Source of the DNA: a virus
Virus record (IMG/VR): IMGVR_UViG_3300036852_000742
Location: 17,121 to 81,120 of that record
Reading direction: 5' to 3' (one strand)
Length of the DNA stretch: 64,000 bases
This document shows positions 9,887 through 19,884 of this stretch, one piece after another. Position numbers and translations under genes: made by a program. The first letter of the stretch is position 1. Each line of letters begins with the position of its first letter. The notes beneath the pieces were generated by a model that saw nothing but the letters and a program-made list of their open reading frames with translations, was not told the origin of the DNA and made no database searches.

Positions 9887-9917
9887 ATTCTATCCGGCCG
9901 TGGAACGCGGGGCAATA
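9887..9917 (-). promoter_or_regulatory. phage consensus promoter (TTGCCC-17bp-TAGAAT)
   Basis: Minus strand tattgccccgcgttccacggccggatagaat. Confidence 0.75.
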
Positions 9918-10369
9918 CGCGCGCGTGATCTCGGGGTCTTCGCTGCTCGCCGGGACTTTTTGCGGGTCTCACTGGCACATTGCTTGCACTGACTCGCGCG
10001 CCCGTCGAGAAGCCCCTTGGCCGGGTAGAACTCGTCGAGGGGCTTCACCGCCCGGCAGCCCCGGCACGCTTTGAAGCCGTCGGGAGCCGCCGGCAACGGA
10101 TCCGGGGCCGGCCCAGCAGCAGCACGTTGCCGCTTGAGTTTGCGGCGCTCACCCTCGGTGAGTCCTCCCCAGATACCAGACGGGGCGTCGATCTTTATGG
10201 CCCAGTCCAGGCACTCTGCCTGGACTTCGCAACCTCGGCAGATCCGTTTCGCGACGTTGGTCTCCCAGGACGTTCCGGCGCCATGCTCAGGGAAGAAGGC
10301 CTCCGCGTCGGTCTCAAGGCATGCCGCGAGGTCTGTCCAGTCCTGCCCGGCGAGTTGGAAGGCTGTCAC
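9890..10369 (-). CDS. whiB: WhiB-family transcription factor with C-terminal zinc-finger-like extension
   Basis: WTDLAAC...FFP...AKRICRGCEVQAECLDWA...GIWGGLTEGERR; extra CRGC...CKQC. Confidence 0.9.
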   Translation of the reverse strand: MTAFQLAGQDWTDLAACLETDAEAFFPEHGAGTSWETNVAKRICRGCEVQAECLDWAIKIDAPSGIWGGLTEGERRKLKRQRAAAGPAPDPLPAAPDGFKACRGCRAVKPLDEFYPAKGLLDGRASQCKQCASETRKKSRRAAKTPRSRARIAPRSTAG

Positions 10370-10725
10370 GACTGACCGTGCCCATCGTCGTCGTGGGCAG
10401 GGTGGAACCGGCCGTGGTCGGCCACGGGCTGGGTCCAGGTGGTGCCGGTGTCGAGGTCGGAGCCGTGGGCCACCCGGAAGTGGTCCCCGAACTGACCACC
10501 CACCAGCTCATGATCGGCGTTGTAGTGTTCCGGGTATTCGTCCAGGGTGTCGATCCGTTGGTGGTGGCCGTCGGCGGTCAGGAAGACGTCGCCCTCATGC
10601 AGGGTCACCCCCTCCACGGTGTCGCCGGGGTCGGCTGGGCGGCCCACGGGCGACAAGTTGTGCATGGCAGGGGGCGGCGATTCGCCGCGCCCGATGGCGC
10701 CCAGCACATCGTCAATGATGGTCAT
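10366..10725 (-). CDS. hypothetical protein
   Basis: First gene after promoter 10788-10818; GGGAGG RBS. Confidence 0.6.
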   Translation of the reverse strand: MTIIDDVLGAIGRGESPPPAMHNLSPVGRPADPGDTVEGVTLHEGDVFLTADGHHQRIDTLDEYPEHYNADHELVGGQFGDHFRVAHGSDLDTGTTWTQPVADHGRFHPAHDDDGHGQS

Positions 10726-10777
10726 GGTGGGGGCCTCCCTGGTCTCCGTCTCGGTGGAGGGGCTTGTCCAGCACCCC

Positions 10778-11275
10778 TTAACTCTCTACATTACCCGCTA
10801 CTGGTGGGCGGGGCAATACGCCGTCGGTGGTGAGCCACCCCAACCGACCCCGATACAGCACCGGCCAATCCGCCGGCACCTGCCACTCCTCCAACTGCCA
10901 ACCCACCCCCGGGGCTTTGGCCTGCGCCGGATTGGCATGGCACCACGTGTGACACGCCCGGCAGGCGTGCAGCACGTTGACCAACTGGTTGTTCAGCTCT
11001 TTCGCCGCCCCGTGCCGCCCGCCGTCCTTGCGGCCCTTGCGGTGCGCCGGGTCAACCGCCCGCTCCGTGCATCCATCCCGCGCGATCTCACACCGGCCGC
11101 CGGACCGGGCTGCCAGCCCCCGCATCGCCACCGCCGGCAACGCCGCCTGCACCCGATGCCGCTTGACCGTCCGCGCCGCCCGCAACGCCACCGTCCGGAC
11201 CAGCCCGCCCGTACGCGCCAGCGGTTTCCCCGCCGCGAGCGGACCTCCGCGCTTCAACGGCCCGCCCCGCTTCAC
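10778..11275 (-). CDS. HNH-like endonuclease
   Basis: GRCEIARDGC...DPAHRKGR...NVLHACRACHTWCHANP. Confidence 0.7.
   Translation of the reverse strand: MKRGGPLKRGGPLAAGKPLARTGGLVRTVALRAARTVKRHRVQAALPAVAMRGLAARSGGRCEIARDGCTERAVDPAHRKGRKDGGRHGAAKELNNQLVNVLHACRACHTWCHANPAQAKAPGVGWQLEEWQVPADWPVLYRGRLGWLTTDGVLPRPPVAGNVES
10788..10818 (-). promoter_or_regulatory. phage consensus promoter (TTGCCC-17bp-TAATGT)
   Basis: Minus strand tattgccccgcccaccagtagcgggtaatgt. Confidence 0.75.
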
Positions 11276-13123
11276 CGGTGATCGCCGTACATGCGGCCCA
11301 CACCGGGGTACAGGCAGTGGACCGACACCGGTGCTGCTGGCGCCTCGGGGAAACCGAGACGCCGCACGGTCACCATCTCGCCCTCGACGGCCAGCACCAC
11401 GTACTCCCATTGCGGGCCGTCGATGAACCTGACCACGTCCCTCGGGCGCGGGTCGAACGACACGAACACCTTCGCCAAACACTTCGGGCAGTGGTACACC
11501 CAGTCGCAGCTATCAGCACCGTGCCCGCCCATTGACCGTGAGTCGTGCCCGAGGAACTGGCCGTTGCACATGCCGCACATGCGCCAGAGGGCGCTAGCCA
11601 CGGGGCACCTCCACCAGCGGGACGGCGGGCGGGGCCGGGAGGTCAGCCGGCCACAGCACCGTCACACCGATCCCCCGAACGACGATCACGTCCATGACCA
11701 GGGCCAGCGCCGTAAAGGTGCCGTCCTCGTCCCGGGCCTGGTTGGTGGCCCAGTACTCGACGGCCCGGGTGGCAACCCGGGCCACGGACGCAGCTTCACG
11801 GGGCGACAGGGCCACCGCAGACCGGTCCTCTGTGGCGGCGGCCCGGCGAATGACCTGCCTGGCCGCGATCACATCCCGGGTTGCCCGGACAACCACAGTC
11901 CTGGACGTGGTGGAGTTGACGGGCCGGTCGGCGGCCAACTCCGTGACCAGGTCACACGCGGCGATCAGAGCCTGCCCGGCGACCGGCCACAGGGCCCGCC
12001 CGACCCGGTCACCCAGGTGCAGCATGACCGGCCCGGGGCAGTCGGGGAGCTTCCCCAACCCGGGATGGTTGTTGCCGCCGGTGCCGTTCGGGTAGGTCCA
12101 CCGCTGCCACCACGCACCCCGGTCACCCTGCACGTTCTCCACGTCGATCCCGCAGTACAGGCAGTCCCGCCAGTGGTCGCGGTCCTTATGCCACGAGTGA
12201 CGGCGCAGGGCCGGGTTGTACACCGTCACGCGCCGGTTGGGGTTGGTGCGCTTCACGGCGGCGGCCCCGGCCTGCGGGGCTTCGCTGCTGGCACCTCGGC
12301 GGGCCACGCGGTCACCACCGCCCGGCCGACCTTGCCCAACGTGGCGTTGAGGGCCCACGCCACGGCGACCACCACCGCCCCGGCCAGGCGCTCAACCACA
12401 GGTTCGGTCCAGGTGGCCCCAACCCGCCGCAACGACACCCTGTGCCCGGTCATGACGGCACCGGCAGGTGTGTCACCACAGGCCAGTCGACGACTGTGTA
12501 GCTGTCCACGACCCGGCCCGCGTCCGGACCAACAACCCGGCTGCACCCCGCGTAGATGCACCACACCTCGTCCGTGGGGGAGGTCGGGGTCCGGTCGTCC
12601 CACGTCTCGCCGCACACCGCCATCGCCAAGCCGTCCGGGGATCGCCGGACCTGCCCGAGCAGCGGGGTCCACATCGGACCGAGCCCGTCGATGACCGTGC
12701 ACAGCCGGCACCGGTCGGGCTCGTCGGCGGCGGTGTTGAGCCGGTCGACAAACACGTAGCCGTGCGGGGGCATGTGGCACACCAGCTCCACGACGCTGTC
12801 GTTCTGCGTGACGGCGCGTACCCGGTGCTGGCGGCCCCATCCCGTCGGCGTCCACAACCCCGGCGCCAACCCGACCTGCCCGGCGCTCATCGGGGACCAC
12901 CGCCCTCGTCCCGCCCGCCACGGTGAGCAGGGCAGAAATCTGGGGCGGAACGGCTCCCCTTCCCTTTGAACGGGCGGGTCAGCCAGCCGGCCTTCTGGGC
13001 AGCCAAGCGGGCGTTGTTCTCGGAGAGCTTGTCCCACCGTCCGCCACCACGGAAGGTCGTGGCGCACCCGTACCGGTCGCAATGCACTTCCCATACCGGG
13101 TCCACGACCCGTCGGGCGCTCAT
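11272..13123 (-). other. chain of five small coupled hypothetical genes (11272-11601, 11594-12256, 12253-12453, 12450-12890, 12887-13123)
   Basis: Consecutive 4-8 bp start/stop overlaps; several contain CxxC pairs. Confidence 0.55.
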
Positions 13124-14610
13124 CGGGGGCCGCCTGTCGGCCACGCCGCGAACCAGATGTGGGTCGGGTACTCGTGTTCAGCCCCGTCGTCCAGGCGGAT
13201 GGTCACCCAGTCGCCGCGCTCGCCGCGCCTGTCCACGGGGGAGCAGTACGCGACCGGGCCGGCGAAGTTTCGGATGAGGTGCCGACCGTTGAAGCCCCGG
13301 TCCCAGACGCCTTTGACGATGTCACCTACCTCGATCCGGTCGACCCGGATGTCTTCGGGGTCACCGGGTGGGAACTCCCACGCGGGGGTGCCGACGACCG
13401 GGGTCAGCGACGCGGCGATGTCCGGGACCGGTTCGCCGGCCTCAAGCCGGTCGTACACGTCCAGGTAGGCGGCGCTCAGCGCCCGGGTCGCGGCAACGTC
13501 GGCGCCGGGGGCGGGTTGGCGTACCGCTACCTCAACGTCGGCAGCACCCAGGTCAAGCCCATGTACCAGTCGCTGCGCCCATTCGACGTGCCTGGCGAGC
13601 TGGCGTGACGCGTCGTCGTACCGGCCGCCGGTGCGCCTCCACAGTTGCTGCCAGCGGTCAACCTTGGAGGCGAGCGCCGCCGACCATGGGGTGCTGGCCG
13701 GGGTGTCCCACTGCATCCCGTCCCGGCGCCGGCCGGTGACCCCGTCGTACTTGACGGTCTTCGGCCAACTGCTGCTGGCCAGGGAGACACTCTTCGGGTT
13801 GATCCGGGTGACCTTGTACCAGCCGTGCCCCCCGACCCGAGCCCAGTCACCTTTGGCGAAGTCTTCCGGCGCCCCAGCAACGAACTCACCGGACGCGGCC
13901 AGCTCTTCGAGCACCTTCCGCCAGTGGCGGATCTCTTCTGCGAGCCGGTCGACCTCGCGTTGCGACTTCTCTCCGGTTCCGCCGCTGGTCAGGGAGTCAT
14001 CCCGGCGCCGCTCCCACTGCCGCACCTCGGCCGACAAGGTGTCGATCCGGCGCATCGTGACCCTCGGGTTGTGCCGGGCCTTCTGGTTGGCTGCTACACC
14101 GTCGGCCCGGTCGGCGAGGTCCCGGGCGTAGCGGCGTTCGTCGGCGGCGTGCTCCTGGCTGCGGCTGGCCCGCTCCCGACGGTTCCGGTCAGCCGGGTAG
14201 GAGTAATGGTCGACTAGCAACGGCTGCCCGAACGGGATCGAGTCGTGGACCCGGTCGGCGGCGGCCTGGTGGCCGGCGGCGCGGGTAGCGGCGAGGCCTG
14301 CGCGTTCGTCGAGCCGGTCGGCGCGGACCTCAGCCCGGTCGGTCCGGGCAGCCTCCCGTACGGCGGTGGGCCGCCACCGGTTGTCGATCTGGACGGTGAC
14401 CACGTGGTCGGCGTCGCGCAGCGCCTGCGCAGCGCGATCGGTCTTCTCCTGCTGGCCGTCCTTGTCGCGGCTGTTTTTGATGTAGATGCCGACGGTACGA
14501 CCCCACGTGAAGCCGTGCCGGCTGACGATCTCCAACACGCCGTCGCCCTTGTGGGAGCCAGTTAACAGGGTCCCGTCGGCGTGGGTGTGGCTGATAAGGA
14601 TTGCGGTCAT
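13120..14610 (-). CDS. DUF3560 domain protein
   Basis: ATG 14610; ISHTHADGTLLTGS.KGDG, IPFGQPLLVDHYS, MRRIDTLSAEVRQ, VTRINPKSVSL. Confidence 0.8.
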   Translation of the reverse strand: MTAILISHTHADGTLLTGSHKGDGVLEIVSRHGFTWGRTVGIYIKNSRDKDGQQEKTDRAAQALRDADHVVTVQIDNRWRPTAVREAARTDRAEVRADRLDERAGLAATRAAGHQAAADRVHDSIPFGQPLLVDHYSYPADRNRRERASRSQEHAADERRYARDLADRADGVAANQKARHNPRVTMRRIDTLSAEVRQWERRRDDSLTSGGTGEKSQREVDRLAEEIRHWRKVLEELAASGEFVAGAPEDFAKGDWARVGGHGWYKVTRINPKSVSLASSSWPKTVKYDGVTGRRRDGMQWDTPASTPWSAALASKVDRWQQLWRRTGGRYDDASRQLARHVEWAQRLVHGLDLGAADVEVAVRQPAPGADVAATRALSAAYLDVYDRLEAGEPVPDIAASLTPVVGTPAWEFPPGDPEDIRVDRIEVGDIVKGVWDRGFNGRHLIRNFAGPVAYCSPVDRRGERGDWVTIRLDDGAEHEYPTHIWFAAWPTGGPR

Positions 14611-15385
14611 CGTGGTGCTCCTTGGGGAACGGTGAGCAGGATGGCCAGCGCCGCATGGGCGGCGGCGACCCGGATGGTGCTGTGCGCGGCGTCGCGGCGG
14701 CGGTGCTCTTCGCGTTCGGCGGCGCTCACCGAGTGACCGAAGACGACCATCCCGCCGATGCCGCCCCCGTCGGTGACCACGCGGTGTGCGATACCGACCA
14801 GGTCGGCATGCGCAGCAGGTGTGCCGATCCACCGGCGGGCCTGGGGCAAGCTCGCGAACTGGACCTCCAGCTCGGGCAGGAGCGCGGCCAACTCGACGAG
14901 CGGCAGGTAGATCGCCCCCCACGGTGTGCCGGGGGTTTCGAGGCGTTCCACGGCCCATTGCCCGTCCGTCGACTGGGCTGCCCACACCTCCGGGCGGGTG
15001 CGCCCGGAGGTGGGGCCGCCGAGGAACGTGACCCGGCTGCTGGTGGTGACACCCGTCACCGGGGTCACGCCGTTCACAGCGCGTCCTCTTCTTGGCAGCA
15101 GCCGCAGCAGAACCGGTGCCCGGTGTTGCACGGGCCAACACCCAGTTGGTGCGGTTCGTGGCAGTGCTGGTGGTCGCAGTCGACCGGCTCCGGGTCGGCG
15201 CAGGTTTTGTGGGGCTGGAGCGCCCGGCATTGCTGGTCGGTGGGGGTGTCGGCGCATTCGGCGCAGGCGTCGGCGTGGACCCATCGGCCGGCGGTGTAGG
15301 CGAGGAGCCCACCGCAGGTGCACTGGGCGATGGCGGTGCGCAGTGCGGGTTGGGTGGTGACAAGGGTCAGGGCCGGTGCGGGCAT
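14607..15385 (-). other. two coupled hypothetical genes (14607-15077; Cys-rich 15074-15385)
   Basis: 4-bp overlaps; immediately downstream of promoter 15441-15471. Confidence 0.55.
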
Positions 15386-15440
15386 GGTCGGGTTTCCGTC
15401 TCTGTGTGGGTGGGGGTTTCCAGCTCCCCTTCCGGTGTCC

Positions 15441-15515
15441 ATATTACCCGACGTGGTAGCGCGGGGCAATATCTGGGGTCGACGTATTGCCCCGCGCTAG
15501 GGCATGGGGTAGCAT
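15441..15515. promoter_or_regulatory. back-to-back divergent consensus promoters
   Basis: Minus 15441-15471 TTGCCC-17-TAATAT; plus 15485-15515 TTGCCC-17-TAGCAT; located at the strand switch. Confidence 0.85.
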
Positions 15516-15565
15516 AGTGGTTGTGAGGGGAGCTGGAACCCCTCCAACTGAGACGGAGAACCGCC

Positions 15566-16066
15566 ATGGCCACCACGAAGACCGGACGTAAGACCCCCCG
15601 TCGGCGGTCCACTCAGGAGCGCCACGACGAGTACGTACACCTCACCGCGCTCGTCGAGCAGTTCGACCTCGCCGGGGACACGGACGGTGCGCTCGCAGCT
15701 CGCTTCGCCCACTTCTGCACCATCTACAGCGAGCGCAACGCAATCCTGATCCTGGCCCAGAAGCCGGACGCGATCGAGGTCCACGGCTACGTCGACTGGC
15801 AGAAGCTGGGCCGGCAGGTGCGCCACGGCCAGACCGGAATCCGCATCATCGCCTACACGGGCTCCCGTCCGAACAAAGGCAAAGGCGACCTCAGCGAGAC
15901 AGACCCTGCTGTGATCGACCCGACCACGGGAAAGCCCACCCGTCGCGACTTCAACCCGGTGTCCGTCTTTGACATCACCCAGACCGACCCGATGGGGCAA
16001 GACGCCGAAGCGCTCGCCGCCGTGGCCCGGTTCGAGGCCAACCAGGCAGCCAAGGCCGCGTCATGA
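15566..16066 (+). CDS. ArdC-like N-terminal ssDNA-binding domain protein (putative anti-restriction)
   Basis: YSERNAILILAQ...VHGYVDWQKLGRQVRHGQTGIRI...VSVFDITQT. Confidence 0.8.
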   Translation: MATTKTGRKTPRRRSTQERHDEYVHLTALVEQFDLAGDTDGALAARFAHFCTIYSERNAILILAQKPDAIEVHGYVDWQKLGRQVRHGQTGIRIIAYTGSRPNKGKGDLSETDPAVIDPTTGKPTRRDFNPVSVFDITQTDPMGQDAEALAAVARFEANQAAKAAS

Positions 16067-16461
16067 CCGTGCGGACTGGGTCGGCGTACAAGGCGTGGAC
16101 GCCCCGGCAGGCCGGCTACGACCTGCCGGCCACGGTCGTCACCACCAGCCACGGCGACGGGGGCTTTACTCAGCACTACGTGCCCACTCGCCACGGCGCC
16201 GTCTGCCGGACGTGGACCGCCCCATCCATGACCGAGGTGGCCCTGTGCCGCACCAGCAACACCGGCGCGACGTTCCAGGGCGAGGTCAAACACTTCTCGT
16301 ACGGCGGTTGGATCGCCTACGACCACAACGGCCAGCAGGTCTGCGACCCGTTCGCCGACTACCTCGACGCCGAGGCGACCCTGTTGCGCTTGCGCGGCGG
16401 ACGCCGCTGCCAGGCCACCTACCGCTGGAACGTTCTCCCCGTTAGGAGCACCCGGTCATGA
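16063..16461 (+). CDS. hypothetical protein
   Basis: ATGA-coupled on both sides. Confidence 0.6.
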   Translation: MTVRTGSAYKAWTPRQAGYDLPATVVTTSHGDGGFTQHYVPTRHGAVCRTWTAPSMTEVALCRTSNTGATFQGEVKHFSYGGWIAYDHNGQQVCDPFADYLDAEATLLRLRGGRRCQATYRWNVLPVRSTRS

Positions 16462-17108
16462 ATCTGAACCTGCGAGAGCTGATGACGGTCGACGTCCCAG
16501 CGGGTGACGTGCGGGGGTTGCGGGTGGAGCGGTTCACCGTGGACAGCACTTCACCCGGTCATCTGCGCGAGGTGCTGCGCGGACGGGGAACCCGACCGGG
16601 TACGTACACCCGGCTGCTCGCCGGGCACCGGCTGTGGATGACCGACACCGACGCCGAGCGGCAGGATCACATGCCGGCTGCGCGCCGCATCGCCCAGACC
16701 GGCACCCGCCGGGTACTGATCAACGGCCTCGGGTTGGGCATGGTGCTGCGCGTCGCCCTCGCCATGGACCACGTCGAGCACGTTGACGTGGTCGAGATCG
16801 ACGACCGGGTGATCGAGCTGGTCGGGGCGCACTACACCGACCCCCGGCTGACCCTGCACCACGCCGACGCCTACGACCAGGCCCGCCGCTGGCCGGCCGG
16901 CTCCCGCTGGGACGTGGTCTGGCACGACATCTGGCCGGACCTGTGCACCGACAACCTGGACGGGATGGCCCGGCTGCACCGCTCCTACGGCCGCCGCGCC
17001 GGGTGGCAGGGCTCCTGGGGCAAAACCCTCCTGGAGGGCAAAGCTCGCGCTGACCGCAAGCAGGACCGGGAATGGGCGCGTGCACGGGCGTGGGTGGCGT
17101 CGCGATGA
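16458..17108 (+). CDS. class I SAM-dependent methyltransferase-like (spermidine-synthase fold)
   Basis: VLINGLGLG...VDVVEIDDRVIELV...HADA...WDVVWHDIW. Confidence 0.8.
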   Translation: MNLNLRELMTVDVPAGDVRGLRVERFTVDSTSPGHLREVLRGRGTRPGTYTRLLAGHRLWMTDTDAERQDHMPAARRIAQTGTRRVLINGLGLGMVLRVALAMDHVEHVDVVEIDDRVIELVGAHYTDPRLTLHHADAYDQARRWPAGSRWDVVWHDIWPDLCTDNLDGMARLHRSYGRRAGWQGSWGKTLLEGKARADRKQDREWARARAWVASR

Positions 17109-17752
17109 ACACCCGGCCGCGTGACTCGCAACGCTCCCGCCTGTACAAAGCGGAGCATGTCCTGCTCATGTACGGGGAGAACGCGTTCGGCAGCAACACC
17201 GACACCCAACGGTGGGTGGACCGGGTACTCGGGGAGCGCTGGTTCCGGTCCCGCTGGCAACTCCCCACCCTTCCGGTGACTCCCGGTCGGGGCGGCACCG
17301 CCACCTCATGGGGCGGGCGGATCACCGTCGGGCCCACGGCACGCAACCCGGGCATCGTCCTCCACGAGATCGCCCACGAGATCATCCGCGTGACCCCTCG
17401 CGGCCCATACGCCTCCCACGGCCCTGAGTTCGCATCGGTGCTGTTGTTCCTGGTGCGGCAGGTGATGGGCCCCGCCCAGGCCAACGAGCTGCGGTTGGCG
17501 TTCGTCCGCGAGCGGGTCCGGCACCGTGCCGGCTGGGTGGTCCCAGCACCCCGCTATGACGTACCCACCCAGTCGACGGTGCAGGCCGCCGCCCGTAGGG
17601 AAGCCGCCCGCCCGGTCACACGCGCCGAGGCGCTAGCGGCGGATGACGTCTTGCGCCGGCTGGTCCGGGCCGGCAAGTTCGGCCCTGCGGGCTCCGCCAC
17701 CCGCAACCACGCCCTCGAAACCGCCCGCACCCTCACCCGGGAGACGCTATGA
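17105..17752 (+). CDS. HEXXH metallopeptidase-like protein
   Basis: RDSQRSRLYKAE...VLHEIAHE...HGPEFA. Confidence 0.75.
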   Translation: MNTRPRDSQRSRLYKAEHVLLMYGENAFGSNTDTQRWVDRVLGERWFRSRWQLPTLPVTPGRGGTATSWGGRITVGPTARNPGIVLHEIAHEIIRVTPRGPYASHGPEFASVLLFLVRQVMGPAQANELRLAFVRERVRHRAGWVVPAPRYDVPTQSTVQAAARREAARPVTRAEALAADDVLRRLVRAGKFGPAGSATRNHALETARTLTRETL

Positions 17753-18402
17753 CCGACATCATCTTCGCCGAGCCCTCAGGTGACGTACTTCAACGATGGG
17801 ACAACGCGGATCGGGTCCCCTCCCAGGGCGACCTGGTGTCGCTGCACGCGGGTGACCGTATGTATGCGGGTCCCGCCGGGCGGCGGGTCACCTGGCAGGT
17901 CCAGGGCCGGGAGTGGTTACACGCCGAAGTGATCCAACTGACCATGGTTGACACCGCTGCCGACACCAAAGCCCGCCGCACCGGCGAGGCAGACGTGGGT
18001 TGGCTGGCGATCGATTACAACTACAACCTGCCCGCGTTGATCGACTGGGTGCTCAGCGACCCGGAAGCGATCGACATGGGGTCCTTTAACCGCACATCAC
18101 CGACGTTCTTCGCCGACCTGGCGGACGTGGTCGCCGCACTCACCGCCGACGGCGGGCTGTGGCGCCTGGCCGACGGTGTTGAGGGGGTGCGCGTCGTGAC
18201 GTTGGCCGGCGGTTACGAAGACCTCGACCAGGGCATGGTGCGCGTCGACCTGTCCAACGGGCTGCGCCTGGTGTCCGCCCCGTTCTCGGCCAGAGAAATG
18301 GGCCCCGAGCGGGGCTTCCCAACAACCGTTGGGGCGCTGAAGACGGTGGCGCAACACGCCAACCGGGAGTACTCCCGCTACCGAAGGCTGACCCGTTTGT
18401 GA
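17749..18402 (+). CDS. hypothetical protein
   Basis: ATGA overlap; followed by hairpin. Confidence 0.6.
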   Translation: MTDIIFAEPSGDVLQRWDNADRVPSQGDLVSLHAGDRMYAGPAGRRVTWQVQGREWLHAEVIQLTMVDTAADTKARRTGEADVGWLAIDYNYNLPALIDWVLSDPEAIDMGSFNRTSPTFFADLADVVAALTADGGLWRLADGVEGVRVVTLAGGYEDLDQGMVRVDLSNGLRLVSAPFSAREMGPERGFPTTVGALKTVAQHANREYSRYRRLTRL

Positions 18403-18408
18403 CGTTTC

Positions 18409-18458
18409 GCGGGGTCGCACCCGTGGCTTGGCTTGGCCACCGCCGGGTGCGACCCCGC
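18409..18458. terminator. 15-bp perfect inverted repeat, probable terminator
   Basis: gcggggtcgcacccg...cgggtgcgaccccgc. Confidence 0.65.
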
Positions 18459-18568
18459 TTAGCGTGCGTTCCCCAAAGAACTACGACGCACCAGGAAGGT
18501 TACGCCATGTTCTACAGTGATCGCCGCACAGGCGGACCACTCTCGCACCGCACCAGGCCGGTGACCCC

Positions 18569-19006
18569 GTGAACTGGCTCGGGCCGATCCTGGTCAAAGA
18601 GTTCATCCAGACGGTCCTCCTGTGGATCCTGTTCACCCACGTGCAGCAGCAGTTGGCAATGTCCACGGCCCGCCAGATGGCCCTCGCCGTCGCCGTCGGG
18701 GCTGCCGTCGGTGCCGCGCTCGCCGCCGTGAGCCACTGGACCACCCGCCCGATGGTTCACTCCGTGTTGTACCAGTCCCTCGGCCGGCTCGCCGTGTGGG
18801 TAGCCCTCGCCGCGACTGTGGGTGTTGTCCTGTCCCGCAACGTGTGGGCCGGCGGCGCCGGGGTCGCCCTCCTGGTGTGCGCCGGGGCTGTCCCCGCATG
18901 GCGGGTGGCCCGCGCTGGGGCGCACCGGTGGCGACCCGGCCCAACCTCAGGCCCGTGGCTGCGCGCCCAGGTTGTCACCCAGTCGAAACTGGGGCAGTCC
19001 CCTTGA
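18569..19006 (+). CDS. membrane protein
   Basis: About four hydrophobic segments. Confidence 0.6.
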   Translation: MNWLGPILVKEFIQTVLLWILFTHVQQQLAMSTARQMALAVAVGAAVGAALAAVSHWTTRPMVHSVLYQSLGRLAVWVALAATVGVVLSRNVWAGGAGVALLVCAGAVPAWRVARAGAHRWRPGPTSGPWLRAQVVTQSKLGQSP

Positions 19007-19884
19007 TGGGGCCCTCCCACGCGATCAGCGGCGGCGCGGTGTGGTTGGCCGGCTGCGCCGCCGCGACCACCACCCTTGGGGCTGACCTGTCGTGGCAGGC
19101 GGTGGTGGTCGGGGCGGTGGTGTGCGCCGGGTGGGCGCTCGCCTCCGACCTTGACCACCCTGATTCCACCGTCGCCAACTATGCCGGGCCGGTTTCAAGG
19201 CTGGCTGCGCACGGCATCGCCTGGGCAGGGGTGCGCATCCACGCCGCTACCCGCACCCGCTGGGACCGCCCAGACGAAGATGGTCACCGGACCTTCAGCC
19301 ACACCGCCGTGTACGCCGTTGTGATGGGTGTCGCGGCGGCGGCCGGTGGGCGCTACGGCGGGCCGTGGGTCGCGGCCGTCCTGGTGGCCCTCGCCGCCGA
19401 CCTGGCCGGCGACGCGGCCCTGCCCGGCCGCTGGTGGGACATCCCGATCAAAACCGGTTTCAGAATCCGGTTCATGCGCCGCCCGTGGGCCAAAGGCCTG
19501 TTCGGGCGCACCGGGCAACGGTGGGCCCGCAACTGCCGCCGGGTGAACATCCCCACCTCAACCCTGCTCGCCGCCGCACTCGGATGGGCCGCGTACCAGC
19601 TCACCCCCGCCGACGCGTGGTGGCTGGGGCTCGCAGTCGGTACCGGGGTACTCGTGCACTGCGCGGGTGACATGCTCACCGACTCCGCGTGCCCGGTCGC
19701 GTGGCCGCTGCCCTTGGGCCCTCCCGGCCAGCGGCGGCGCTGGTACCCGCTCGGCCCGCCCCGCTGGATGCGCTTCCACACCGACGGCCTTGTCGAGCGC
19801 TGGCTGGTCCGCCCCGCCCTCGTAGCGGGCGCCGCCGCGTCCACCACTGTCCTGCTGTTCCCGCTGATACAGGAGAAAACCTGA
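19006..19884 (+). CDS. YdjM-like membrane metal-dependent hydrolase
   Basis: MGPSHAISG...SDLDHPDST...HRTFSHT...VHCAGDMLT. Confidence 0.8.
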   Translation: MGPSHAISGGAVWLAGCAAATTTLGADLSWQAVVVGAVVCAGWALASDLDHPDSTVANYAGPVSRLAAHGIAWAGVRIHAATRTRWDRPDEDGHRTFSHTAVYAVVMGVAAAAGGRYGGPWVAAVLVALAADLAGDAALPGRWWDIPIKTGFRIRFMRRPWAKGLFGRTGQRWARNCRRVNIPTSTLLAAALGWAAYQLTPADAWWLGLAVGTGVLVHCAGDMLTDSACPVAWPLPLGPPGQRRRWYPLGPPRWMRFHTDGLVERWLVRPALVAGAAASTTVLLFPLIQEKT

